From contig OZ116698.1 in the NCBI GenBank assembly GCA_964199315.1, positions 28,210,001-28,274,000 of the forward strand: DNA of 64,000 bases, in the 5' to 3' direction. Position 1 is the first letter of the stretch. Every line of letters begins with the position of its first letter. This DNA is from Orbicella franksi. Taxonomy: Eukaryota. Below are positions 11,666 to 36,300 of the stretch, piece after piece. The translations under genes were made by a program, and so were the position numbers. The notes beneath the pieces are model-generated. The model saw only the letters and a list, made by a program, of their open reading frames with translations, had not been told where the DNA came from and made no database searches.

Positions 11666-13834
11666 TTTACGGAGTGACTCTTCATTTGTGTAAACTTACG
11701 TACATTAGAATACCTACATGTGTTTCAGAGCGGAAAAAGTACTGCGCAGCCTCCTGCGCATCCCTAGCCCCACTTGAGGACTCAGCGACAGACTGCTTAT
11801 AAGGTACGCGAGGATGTCGTTCGGTTGATTTATTTATACTTGGGCGAGCATGAATTTCTTTCGGCATTTCACTATTAAAGGCTCTCCCTGCCTGCTGAGA
11901 GGCTCTCTTGCTTGTATGTTCAGTGGTTTGCTTATATGGATGCAATATCTAAAGAGTGTCTGTGGAAAAAAAGAAGTGCCTTCGCACCGAAATTTCTTGT
12001 ATTCCGCTGGAAATAAAGGGTACGGAAACTGTCTTTACGTTAATTTTGTCCGAAAAAGAATTGATTCCCCACGAAAACAATACACCAGGGTTCCATTAAT
12101 GACGTGAAAATGTTGCTGCTCATCGGGAAAATAAGAAAAGCATATAAAGTTCGCAGCCTTTTTTGTTCACACGATTGACGAAATTCTCGCCATTTTATCA
12201 AACTTGGAGCCTGGTGCGGGGTCAAAACTCGGGCATGCTTATTACGTTTTTTCCGCTCTGAAGACAGCGAAACTGCTCGCAGCGTTCCTTTCTACCAGTT
12301 AGTTCCATGAAATACCCCTTTCGAGTGGCGCTAGTCATAACTACCTTCTTTCCACAAAGTACCACAAAGTAATCCAAAACGGTAACTTCTTTATTTCCTT
12401 ATGTCCTATCTAAGTTGGTATTCCTTGAAAAAAAAAAGCTTCTACTAGACCTGTTACAACATGTATTGAACGAGTGTATTCCAGGGGTATTCTACAGTTC
12501 TCAGTTGTCTACCATGACATCCATTTACGCTACAGTACATCAGGAATTGGTCACATTTGCTGTTATCGGAACTGAAGATAGAACAAGAACAGACATTTCA
12601 ATAAAAACTGGTACGGACTTTGTTATAACCCTCGGGAGATGCTCATTAAGGGTATCTCAATCCTGTATCCGGCTCTCCCGCAGCCTCGTTGGATTTTCGC
12701 TCTATTTTTTATCGTTGCTTATTCAGCTTTGTGACTATCATTTCAGTAGTCAGTTTTTTTACAGTGAACAAAAACCAGCCAACAATAAAGAACCAAACAA
12801 CACTGGTAGAAACGTGTTGTTTTTGTAGCTCATGGCATTAAAATTGTAAGTACTCAAAAATACTCCGCTGCGCGTCGTACAGTGTATTTTCAGCTCTCTT
12901 CTCAGTGTTTGGAAATTACGTGGTACATTGAAATGCACATTGAGGACAGTTTTTCTGTGTGCCGTCATGACATTTTCGTATTACGTGATGTACATTTCAC
13001 AACGTGTTTATCTTCAAGAGGACAGCTTATCGTGTCGAATGCGTCTAAAAAAACCGCTCCGAATTTGTCCTGATCATGTTTGTCTTCAGCCGATAAACAG
13101 CGGCCATGCTGATAGTTCTATGGCAAACAAAAAGCGCGGTAAACTTTCCTCTTGAAGATAAAAACGTTGTGAATGTACATCACGTAATAAGAAAATGTGG
13201 TGTCCTCACGTGGTGCATTTCAATGTACCACGTGATTGGTTTGAAACAAACTCGCAGCATCAAAAACGTTACTCTGAAGGCGGCAAAAAACGTCGTAGGC
13301 GTCGCAGTCTTCCTGGAAGAGTAGTATTGCTATGAAAGCTAATTGCTACAAAACGGGAGATAAGGAGGATCTAGCAAGCTGTTACTTTTATAATTGGCTA
13401 CAGGTTTCGTGATCATGGTAATAACCAAATTCAAATGTGATCTTGGCTACAATTCGGATCCGTAGTGTGACTGGATCTTAACAGTCTATCTATTTTTTTT
13501 TTGTTTCTATAGTAATAGCACAACTCCGAATAGCAATTAAGCCCTCAGGACACACTTGAAGGTTACTATACCGGTGGAGCTGTCTCACGTCCAAGCGATG
13601 TAGCGCGTCCGTTTTAAACCCCTATATCAACTTGAAGCCCGTTGAGGAGGCTATCAAACTATACCAAATATTTTATGCAATAGAATGAATTGTCGAATTT
13701 TTCACGGCCTCTAATTGCAAGCGTCCGAATTTGAAAAACGCATCAAATTTTTTCTGTCCACACTACGCCGAAGGAATTCGAAAACACAACAATCTGAAAT
13801 TGTCATTGAGGAAAACCCGGTCAGGGAAATAACA

Positions 13835-15350
13835 CAGTGCTGGAAATAATTTTTCTTCTTTAACAGGACATATGTCCTTTCAAATCTTCATTTTGGTCGG
13901 ACATCTTATCAATTTGACTGGACATTAATTTGCATTATTGATTAGCATAATTAATTAGCATAAAGAATTTATTAGCATACTGTAAAGATTTTCAATACAA
14001 ATCATTCAAAACTGTATTTAAATGTGATTTATTTATCATTTATGATTAACTAGATGACTTTATCTACTAAATGACTGCACCAATCTCTCCTGGTTATCTC
14101 CTGATTATACGTTCTTCAAGCAAACCTAGTTTTCTACGTAGGAGCCCATCACTAGGACTGTGCAACTTCTCGATTATTCTTGTCCCGGTGTTTTCACAGA
14201 CTGATCTTTTTTTAGTTTGAATTTACCACGAATTCAGCCCCCGTAGGAACCTCAGTGACCAATCACAAGCACGGACTTTATAATTTCACCGGAAGATTAG
14301 GCCGTCATGTCCACCTGAGGCCTCCATTTTTTCCCCTTACTGATGCGTGCTCATTTAGACAGGAACTGACTTTTTCGAGAGAAAAGAAGCCTTAAAATAG
14401 ACCGGTCTGTAAAAATACTGTGACATATGCTTAGCATGGGAGTTGAAGGGTCCTAGTGATGGGCTCCTGACCAAAGTTGACTCTAGGGTACATACATGAA
14501 GGGCTAACAGCATATCGCAATGCACGTAATGCATAATAGGGCAATTTCTGAAAAGTACTTTATTTGGCAAGTACAGGAAAGATGAACACTTCTGCTTTAT
14601 CATATGGCAGAAGCCCATAATGGGCTCCTGGATATGGCTCAAACTGTCAGAGTCAAGGGCCCAAAATTAAAAAAAAATGCTTGAGTAGCCATTTGGCGAC
14701 TAAGTGATAAAAATCAAGTGGAATTTTATTCAGAAAAGAACTCAATGCATAACATTTGTAAAGAAAAAATTTCCAAGACTTTTAATTTTTGGCCGCTAAT
14801 TTTGTGTATGCATTACAAAAGACACAATCGGTAGGCATACATGACGTACTTAATGCTCAAGGGTTTGCAATGCATTTTAGCGCGATTTCAAACACGATCG
14901 GCCATTTGCAAGTTTTCCGATGTGAGGAAATCCTTTACAGCAAAGCAAAAGGACAGATTGCTTTCTTTTCTTATGTTGAATGTTATAGAAGTAAAGATCT
15001 TTCACTATGTATTTCTGGAAGGACATAATGATTGAGAAAATAACAGTTGTTGATCGTCAACACAGAGAAACGTAGAGCCCATTATGGTAGCCTGTGAACG
15101 CAGACGTATTTTCGGTAGTCGATTAAACCAGAATTTTTGGTCGCCAAAGATGAAATTTTAGCCGCATGGGCGACCGTACCGGTCGCAACTACGAGCCTTT
15201 TTAATAATTTATATAACTAAATTTTATGGATGGACAATAGGTGTTGGTGAAATGTTCGGACATCATGTCCGATCATAATGTGAAATTGACCGGACATATT
15301 CAAGATTTTGTCGTACAATGTCCGATGACCGACTGTTATTTCCAGCCCTG
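13835..15350. mobile_element. hAT-like non-autonomous element (CAG termini, 5-bp TSD) nested in a Harbinger-like MITE
   Basis: TAACA|CAGTGCTGGAAATAA ... TTATTTCCAGCCCTG|TAACA: a 15-bp TIR with 1 mismatch. The flanks rejoin into the MITE sequence seen intact at about 6570-6610. Confidence 0.8.
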
Positions 15351-15499
15351 TAACATGATTATCTTGACGCCAGACGCCATCGTTTTTTAAACCTGCGTTA
15401 CCTCCGGTTTGAAGAGCGTTTTCGAAAAGCTCCGTTTTCGTGACGGATTAGTGGGAACGGCAGGTCTAACCTACCGTGGAGATAAAGCGTTGTCACTCT

Positions 15500-16060
15500 C
15501 ATGGAGAAGAGTCATGCAAATTTACTGGAATTGTTGAATTTTTCTTGACCTCTAAATGAAGTGTCCGAGTTACCTTTTCAAAGCTACAAATCAAACGGAA
15601 TTTTGTTTTTCGCTGATTTAATTTGTTCCTCAGTTTCCAGAACCAAAGCGCTTGAAAAACGTGTCTGTGTTTCGCCGTATTCAATTTAAGTGAAAAGTTA
15701 CAAAACATTTTCGGAAGAGGAGACAAAAATATGGAGTGATCGTACACTCTGACTCGGAGAAAAAAATATTTAGAAACAAACAATTCGCAGACACGTTTTT
15801 GTTGTTTAGATGTCAAACTAGCTACTGTTCAAATTTGAGGGCCAAATAACAATTTCCCTTTGACTTGTAACTTTCAAAAGGTGATTCGGACGCTCACATT
15901 TAAAGGTCGTAAAAAATTCGACAATTCACGTCATTTCAAAATTCTTGGTATAGTTTGATAGCCAGCTCTATAAGCTTTAATTTGATTTTGGGGATTAGGT
16001 ATGTTCAGTTTAAACCGGACATGCTGCATCGCTTGGAAGTGAGACACCTCCAAAGTTACC
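15500..16060 (-). repeat. Dispersed repeat related to 25745-26215 and 13570-13730
   Basis: The reverse complement shares gtctc..caagcgatg, ctatcaaactataccaag and gaattgtcgaattttt.acg blocks with the other copies. Confidence 0.7.
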
Positions 16061-16335
16061 ATTGACTTGCTTTACATACAATTTGTAACAATAGCCAGGG
16101 GTTTCGTTAAGTTTTCATGTACGACGGAAACCTATAGGAGGGTAAGCAGGCCGAAAAGAAAGCTTGAAGTGAATTTGTTACGTCCAGTTTTAAAGTACAC
16201 AACTAGATGGGTTCTGACTTTAGAGCACCCTAGCACTTGTGTTGGGCCCCACCTTCTAATAAGACCCCAGCAATACCACCTTTTGCTTGAATCAATATCC
16301 TCCAGGTTAGTACACGTAAGTACATAAGAGAAAGA

Positions 16336-16500
16336 GAGGAAGACCCCAAAACACCTGGAGAAGAACTGTGGAGGGATAGTTGAAGACCCTTAAGCACAAC
16401 TGGGGTATCATCTGAAAGCTAGTCTTTAGCGAACAGAAGTGGAAGACCTTTGTTGCTGCCCTACTCGCAAGCAAGAATAGGGGCAGTAAGTAAGCAAGTA
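16336..16500 (+). mobile_element. RTE-clade LINE 3' end remnant
   Basis: Translates with in-frame stops as RGRPQNTWRRTVEG*LKTLKHNWGII*KL...QKWKTFVAAL, followed by a (TAAG)n-like tail. Confidence 0.7.
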
Positions 16501-17884
16501 CGCGTACAAAACTGATATATGGAAACAAAAGGCACTGCTTGCCAAGGGGGGCCATTTAAAGTGTGTACAACATGACAAGACCACTTTTTGCTCATAAATG
16601 AACAACTGTCAGGTTAGTAAGACTAGTAGTGTACCTGTAAATCTTCTGACTTACATTTACATGATGTGCAGAACTGTACCATTAACATTAACCACATTTG
16701 CAAGTAATCAAGACAAAGGTGTCTCACATTATTTCAATAATCAATTTGTTATTATCAAGCAAACTACTAAACTCTAAAATATAGGCCAGGCTCTTTTTCA
16801 TTTTACTAACCTTGGGTTCAGAGGCTAGTTGAGATGACAAAGCCTGAAAAAGAAGTACATGTACATGATTGCATGAAAAAAGAAAAAAAAAACAAAAAAA
16901 AACCACACTAAAACAGTACTTGGAAAGAATTTTAAAAGGCCCTTTGCAATTGGTGAGTAAATATGACCTCAGAGGTGCCAACCTGAAATGTTGAAAACTA
17001 AAAGATTCCCAAAAAATAGGCTAAATTACCAGCCACTGCAGAACATAATCAGATCTGAGAGAGTGGCGAAAATCAAGCTTGCCAAAAAATACATCACATA
17101 TTCCAAAATAATTTATTTTTAAAGAAAAACATTAGTCTTTCCTTCTCAAAAAGTCTTACATTTATCATTCACTACCCCTAAATTACAAGGACATACATAA
17201 TTCTTGATAGAAGCTGACTAAAATTTGATATGCACATTCCGACCTAGTTTGACAGACTTTTAGAATCCTTTTATAGTTGTCCAGGAATAACTCTGAATTG
17301 GGACATGAATTAAACGTGGTGTCTTCATTCAGGAAAATGTCACTGAATAGACAAAAGAAATATAATAATAAGCTTACCCACTTTAATTTAGTGTCACTCC
17401 CTGATTCTCATAAGTGGCTGAAAGCACCTTGTTTTGTTTCCTCTAAGTAACTATATTGCATTGTTATATCCTAATTAAATGCTACATGTACATGTATAAA
17501 TTATGGTCTGCTTATAATTACATGTATTACCAATGTGCTTACCGAAATAGTTGTTCATGAAGTATAAGTTACAGATTTTCTACTTCAGTCCAGTCTTGAA
17601 TAGGATATGGGTGAAAAATTTTTATCGGACAATGGTTGTTTACCATTAACCTAAATAGTTTGGAAATTTTGTCAGAATGTAAATTGTAAGGCAAATTTCG
17701 GTAAATTGTTTTTTCTTTTATAGTACATGTAAATGGCCAATCTGAACAGAACTCACCACCGGGCATATTTACACTGTACTGTCCATTTGCATAAATTGAC
17801 CACGAAGTAGTTTCTCCGTGTAAATGGTAAACAACCATTGACATGTCTTACGTTGTAGATGTACACATTATCTTATGACCTTGA

Positions 17885-29755
<11,871 letters not shown>

Positions 29756-30337
29756 TTTGAATACAGACCACCACCCATGATTCCTTACAAACTAATCAGA
29801 CGTCACGTGTTGGGGGCGGGGGGAGGGTGGGGGGATCACAAAATGCAAAAAACAACAAACAAAATAATTATGTTTTTTGTGGTTTTACGTGTTCCCTTCT
29901 TCAGGGGTATTTATTCTTTTTGCTTGGGAAAGTCCAGAACGGCCTACTGATGTGAAGAATGGTTTTGTGTTGTACCAATTTCTGCAAGTCAGTGTTGTGA
30001 CATTAATACCGTGACACTTGTCACGGTGTTTGCACAAACTGGAACCAGTGCTTCTCCGTGCGACGCTCCTGCCGCTCGTGGGAGTTGAATGGCCTTGAAT
30101 GGAAAGCGGAAAGCCAGCTTTGCAAATCTTTAATTGGAAAGATCGGGCTTGCCCAGAACTACAACCTACGCTTTTTAGTTTGTATTTAACATAAAGCTGA
30201 CTACAGTTGTTTGTGTGGTCACTAGATTTGCTATAAAGAGAGAGGTGCACAGAGTGAAGTTTCACAAAGTACATCGTGCTTCAGAGTTGAGTTCCAAAGA
30301 AGTAAGCTCAATTCAACCAAGCCGTTCCTAACAAACG
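29756..30337. promoter_or_regulatory. Putative bidirectional promoter and 5' UTRs shared by HINT1 and the ankyrin-PARP gene
   Basis: The divergent start codons are 582 bp apart. An overlapping CRE-like/E-box motif GACGTCACGTG lies at 29799-29809, and a G5-C-G6-A-G3-T-G6 tract at 29812-29834. Confidence 0.6.
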
Positions 30338-33300
30338 ATGTCTCTGCGAACTCGCCTTCTAAGAAAACAGTCTTCTCTAGCCATTCTGGTGGAGCAAGAA
30401 CGAGAAACTTGCGAATCTGCAAGCCGTCCAGCATCCGAGGCTGATCTAACAGAAGATGACCCTCATGAGATGGACGATCTTGAAGAAGACATCGCACCAG
30501 AGGAATTGTCAAACTTGCCGGACGAAGAAGCTTTTCTTGACGACAAAGGCGACAGTGATTCCGAAGGAGGCGATACAGATGTGCCACTTTCCAGTGAAGA
30601 CGAAAATGAACCTGTGGAAGTTTCAGTTGGTCCAGCAATGAATAAGAGGTCGTTCTCCGCGTTCGTTCGCGAAGGACAAGCGCGCGCGACCGAAGAGGAT
30701 CCTCCAGTCAGGCTTTCTCGCCGGCTGATGTCCATGAAGAGACGTGGAGTGCTTCACGCACCGGTAGAACTGACTGAGGAGTTTGAGTTTTATGTTGGTG
30801 ACTTCTTAACTGTTCGCGGAGAGGAGGACGATTTCTATGTTTGTCGTGTGTTGGAAGATGTCCCTGAAAGCGCGACCAGTTTCAACGTGGCTTGGTTCAA
30901 CAGAGTCGATGAAAATGTGTACGAGGTGGGATTAAAACGACTGCTTTTATTGTAATCTTTCCGATTCTTTAATAGACTGGTATCGTACGTAAGTGTTAAT
31001 TGTGTACAGTATATATTCAAGGGAGAAAAAGACTCGCAAATCATCCTTTGTCAAAAGATTGAAAGAAGTCAGACCTCATAAGCTTGTTAAAAGTTTTCAA
31101 GAGTAGTTGTTAGTGTTTGAGGCGCGTTTCACCAGCTTTTTGAAAAGACTGACGGCGAGAAATGTTCCAGAATTGCTTATAAAAGATTGTCGAGCCCGGA
31201 TTTTCTACAGTTGCGGTAAACAAAGGTTAAACGGATTGCGTGAATTTTTTATTGCGTGACATTGCCACACCCACAGTTGAAATATGGTTCTCTGATTTGT
31301 TTTCGTCATTTTGCTCAGTAAATGACTTTCAAAGGCAATATCAGAGTAACTTTGACACTCTGTGGGTCAGAAATTCTGGCTTAGCTTGTTATTAAAATGA
31401 TTATTGATAAACACGCCTTGATTATTATTATAAATGCCCAAGTTTTTCGTAAATTATTCTATTGCTCTTCTGTTTGGAGCAATACTACTCAAGCTAATTT
31501 GGACAAGCTCCAAGCAGTTCAGAATTTCGCTTGTCACATTTTGCGCGGCACTAAAAAATTCGATCACATAACTCCTTTGCTAAAAGACTTGCGCTGGTTA
31601 CCAGTCAGGCAACAGCTTTATTTCCATTTTGCTGTTCTGGTTTTCAAGTGCATGGCAGGATGTGCTCCAGAGTATTTGACATCTAAACTTGTCAGAAGAT
31701 CCGCCGTCTCGACAAGGACTACCAGGAACTCTCAACTTTTGAACATACACTCTTCCGCACTGCTAGCGGTCAAAGGACTTTTCAATATAGAGTGACCTCT
31801 CTGTGAAATGAGTTGCGGCCTGAACTTAAACTCTGTCCATCCGTGACGGATTTCAAGTGCCTACTCAGGTGTAAGCTCCTTAATGACTGTTTTATTTAAT
31901 TGTTATTCCACGTTTGTCTTCTTTTTAAGTTATCATTGTTGTGTTTGGCTTTCTGCGTTTTTAAATTTTGTAATGTAACATTGACTCTGAAAAGCCCCGT
32001 GTGGACGAGCCAATAAAGTATGTATGTATGTATGCATTATCAATAACCAGCTAAGCCAGGGTTTCTGAGGAGGCTAATTATTATTAACCTCCTCAGATTT
32101 TTCATAGCCACAGTGTACATCCCTGGGTTTTAGTGACCTACAATGTAATTCCTCACTGTTTTACACGTATATGCTCGGCTATAGTTATCAATTGGTTTTA
32201 CCCAAATTTGGTTGATTCACAGTTCTAGGGGGTACAGTACACCTTCACTCATGCAGCGCTTTACTGAGCAAGAAAAGGGCAAGTGTCACACTACCTCTTC
32301 CCTTGTTTGAGCAAGAAAGAGTGCCTTAATTTTTGAGTCCTTCTTTCTCATACAGGAAAGAGTGAACCTTCACTTCCCCTTTCTTATCCATAAACCCTTT
32401 TTCATGTCGGAAAGGACCCAGTTTCATTCCAGTGGTTCTTTTTTGTGAGCCTGAAAGAATCCATTTTTACACTTTCACATTACTCTCCTTTTGAGAACTT
32501 GTAGATGTGCCACACTACTTCATTGCTCAAGAATATTGTGCAGACAATTTTGAATCAATATTTTAGGTTTCATTTGATGATGTTTGCCACATGGATTCTG
32601 TCATTACGCGAGTGGCCATGTCAGAGGTGGAACCTGAAAAGTTTGCTATCTCCAAACCACACATTAAACAAACTAAAAAACTGTTAAAAGAAGCTTTGGC
32701 TGCTGAAAGAGGAGAAGATGATACCATGGAAGATGAAGGTACCGTGTTGTGGATGTAATTAGCTAAACTATGGAGACTATAACAAGAGGCATTTACTATA
32801 AAGATCCAACCATTGTAATGAGTCCAGCAACTAGATTTATATTCATAAACTTAAGGGTACTACCATTTTTGAATCCTGTAACACACATTTCGTGGTATTC
32901 TCATACAGATCTCATTTAATAAGTTTATATTTTATATGTTTAATGTACGTGGAAATGAGGAAATTCTGTATCAGGCCACGTGTCCAGTCTCGCTAGAGCT
33001 CCCATTTATGTACAAGTCATGTATGTATATTCTAGTTTCCTTGGTGTGAAATTACTAAGGGTACATTTCTGCTTCCCTGATTGGGTGTTAATATTAGTCC
33101 ATTGCAGAATTTCCCTTAGCAATAAATTTTACTATTTCCCATTTATAAACTTGGGTGGAGAGAGGCACTTTGGGAGTAAGGTGTGTTACCCAAGAATACA
33201 ACATAATGATGCTGGCTAGGAATCAAACACCACAGCCACAGGTGTGGCAGTGGTACAGTTTCACACCAGTTGGACCAGTAGTCCCACTGGACTCAAATGC

Positions 33301-36300
33301 AGACTTTACCTAACTAGTATACTATAATTATGGTATGGCAAACTGCTAACCTGAACTATCAGTTGTAATGTTCTTATAATTGTGTGTATAATGTAGAGTC
33401 TGAGAGTGAAGAGGACGCTGCAGATGAGGAAGAAGAAGATGAACCTCCTGCAAAAAGAACACGCAGAGGTTCCAGGTCTGCATCCACTCCCTCCCCAGCA
33501 AATAAAGGTAAGAGAGGGCAGAGGAAGAGTGTGACTACACCCCCAAAGAGCCCAGGCCGGAAGCGAAAACCTGCTGAGCCCAAGGCAAAGAAGGAGATAA
33601 AGAAGAAGGCAGTTGCAGAGAAGAAAGATAAACCAAGACGTGCAGGAGTGCTGATTCCTATCGAGAATATAGAGTTGCTTGAGAAAGATCCAACATTTGA
33701 AACCAGGTTTGTTTCATTCCAGCTAGTAGAGATAAAAATAAATTTAATAAGAGGAGGCCGATAATGCAATACTTCCCATATACTTCTGGCTCTTTACAAC
33801 TTTTGCTGAGCGACATACATGTATTAACAGAAGAAAAGTATTGAACTGTATGCAGCGATGTAATTTTAAGTATACTATTAATAATTTTTTAGCCAGTTTT
33901 CAAGAAGTCACGCCAAAACTGAACATTGACCAAACATAGGTGAAAATGTTTGTTCTTAATAGAAAACGGCATTCTCTTCTTCCATGTTTCAGAGAAGAAA
34001 ATTGACAAAACTAATTTTCGAGTGCTTCTTTTGAATGAACCATATTGAAAATTTATGCTAGTCATAGAGAGCCAATCAAAATAATGCTCCTCTTCCTCAT
34101 AATTGAAATAACCTATTGCCAGATAATTTTTTATTTTATTTTAGAGATGATGTTTCTTTGATGCCTGTGAAACTGGCAATCAGAGCAGTGTTACTAAATG
34201 ACATGGAAATGTTGAAGGGTGTTATTGATGACAGAGCAAACGTCTACACGGTATGTGTGCCTTCATTGTTTCTGTTTAAATACTGAGATAAATTAAGAAA
34301 CATTTGATAATGGATACATCATTCAGACATGGTTTACATCCTACATCAAATACTTTTATCTTATTTGGTACTTATTTCATGGGTCTTTAAAGTTCGTGAT
34401 TTTCGTGATTGTAAATAAATTGTGAATAAAATTAAAAGAATCATGAATAAAAATCCTTACGAAATTTAAATACACAAAACTTAGCAGTCCCACACAGAAA
34501 ATTCAAATCACAGAAAAAAATGATTAAGTACATTGTAATAACAACAACATATAAGGGATATGTATTGACAAATACACATTTCAAACTAAATCCATTTTGT
34601 ATCTTTTGTTGTGAAATAACGTTTTGCCTTTTGCTTGTTCCGGTTTACCTTAAAAGTTAATTTTTAAAAATGCGTTTTGCTTGTTCCAGTTTATTTAGAA
34701 ATTTTAAAAAGTTCAGACTTTTGAAAAATTAAGTGTAGTTGAGAACGCTTGAATCGTGAAATTTAATGCCGACTGTAGCTTCACAAATTACACAGTACCA
34801 AACCTGTTTGATTTATTTTCTGCTCTGGTAGGTTCACTGGCCCAGAAGTCCTGATATCCAGTTATCAGCATTACATTATGCACTCCTGAATGAGAACCAT
34901 GAAGCCCTGAAACTTTTATTGTCAGAGCTACACAATAATGCATCTGCATCACGTCGCTACAATGAACCCACAGTTTCACTTGATCGCATGGATACTGGAA
35001 CGTGAGTAATTTTGGGGAATTATCTGTGCATATAATGCTGTACTGTTTGTCTTTCATTTTTATAAATCCTGTCCTACACTGTTTCGTGATTGTGCACATT
35101 AACACTCTACCTTGTACATTAAATGTACTTTAGTCATCTGGACAGTCATCTGGACATGTACGTTTTGAATGTTTGATCCTGTGTTTCTACATTGTGTTCG
35201 TGTACAATGCATACATAAAATTTTGTACTTTAGATATCAATAATTATAGTACTGAATATTAAGCCTGACTGCACTCTATAATTTATGGTATATATAGGCA
35301 TGACCACCTTATGATTTCTGGATTGAGAGGTCCTAATGTTTGAGCCTTAACTGGGGTCATTATGTTGTGTTCTTAGGCAAGATACTTTACTCTTGTATTT
35401 AAATGGGTAATTGCAAATTTGATGCTGTGGGCCGGGTAACCCTGGGGTGCACTACAGTGTGGCTGTTCATCCAGGGGGAGAGGGGGAGAGTAGAAATACT
35501 CCTTCAAATTGTTACAGAAAATGTGCTGGTCTGGCTGCCAGCCACTGACTTTTCCCTTTTTTAGATGTTTGGTACTGTAGGTAGGTAAAGTTTGTATATG
35601 AAAATATGCTTATCCCAGTTTCAAAAGCACAAAGTGACTAGGAGTATTTCTACTTCCCCCTGGATGGGATGCTAGTCCATCACAGGTTTACCTTCCAGCA
35701 TTAAGTTTGCTGGTACCCATTTATACACCTGAGTCAGGAGAGAGGCAATATGAGAGTAAAGTGTCTTGTCCGAGAACACAACACAATGTCCTTGGCCAGG
35801 GCTAATGAACCAGGACTGCTTGATTCAGAGGCAACTGCACTTAAACCATGAGGCCACTGTGCTTGCCACTTCTGGCATATACATGCATGCGTACAGATTT
35901 ATTCAGAAGTCAAGTTCCTGCCTTGTTCTTTGAAAGCACCTTTTTTTTGCCAGTTCATTGTGAATGCTCATCTCTTGTCTTCTTGCATGGTCATAATTTG
36001 TGATTGCTTTGGTTTTAGCATTATGCAACTGGAAATGACTCTAGCTAGTTGAGTACATTTTTAAAATGTAATTGATAAGACAATCAACAAATATACAACA
36101 ACAACTTAAAGCTCTGCAGGCTGATGCGGGTTTCTGTTCTCTTTGCAGATATAACTTTTACACCTTTGGTCACGCAGTGAGAGAGCTACACTCCAGCAGA
36201 GGATCTAGAGAAGGAAATAATGCATTCCTTTGTGTGAGAATATTTTTACCTAGATTTCATTTGGCTATAATCAGAGTACAAATTAGTGTTGACTTGGACT

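Noticed and set aside
11850-13330. Cluster of 60-137-aa ORFs in a somewhat CpG-richer region
   Set aside because: No recognisable motifs and no consistent splice chain were found on either strand.
30463-33769. Antisense ORFs 30463-30735, 33374-33769 and 50028-50375
   Set aside because: They are shadows of acidic or low-complexity sense-strand exons.
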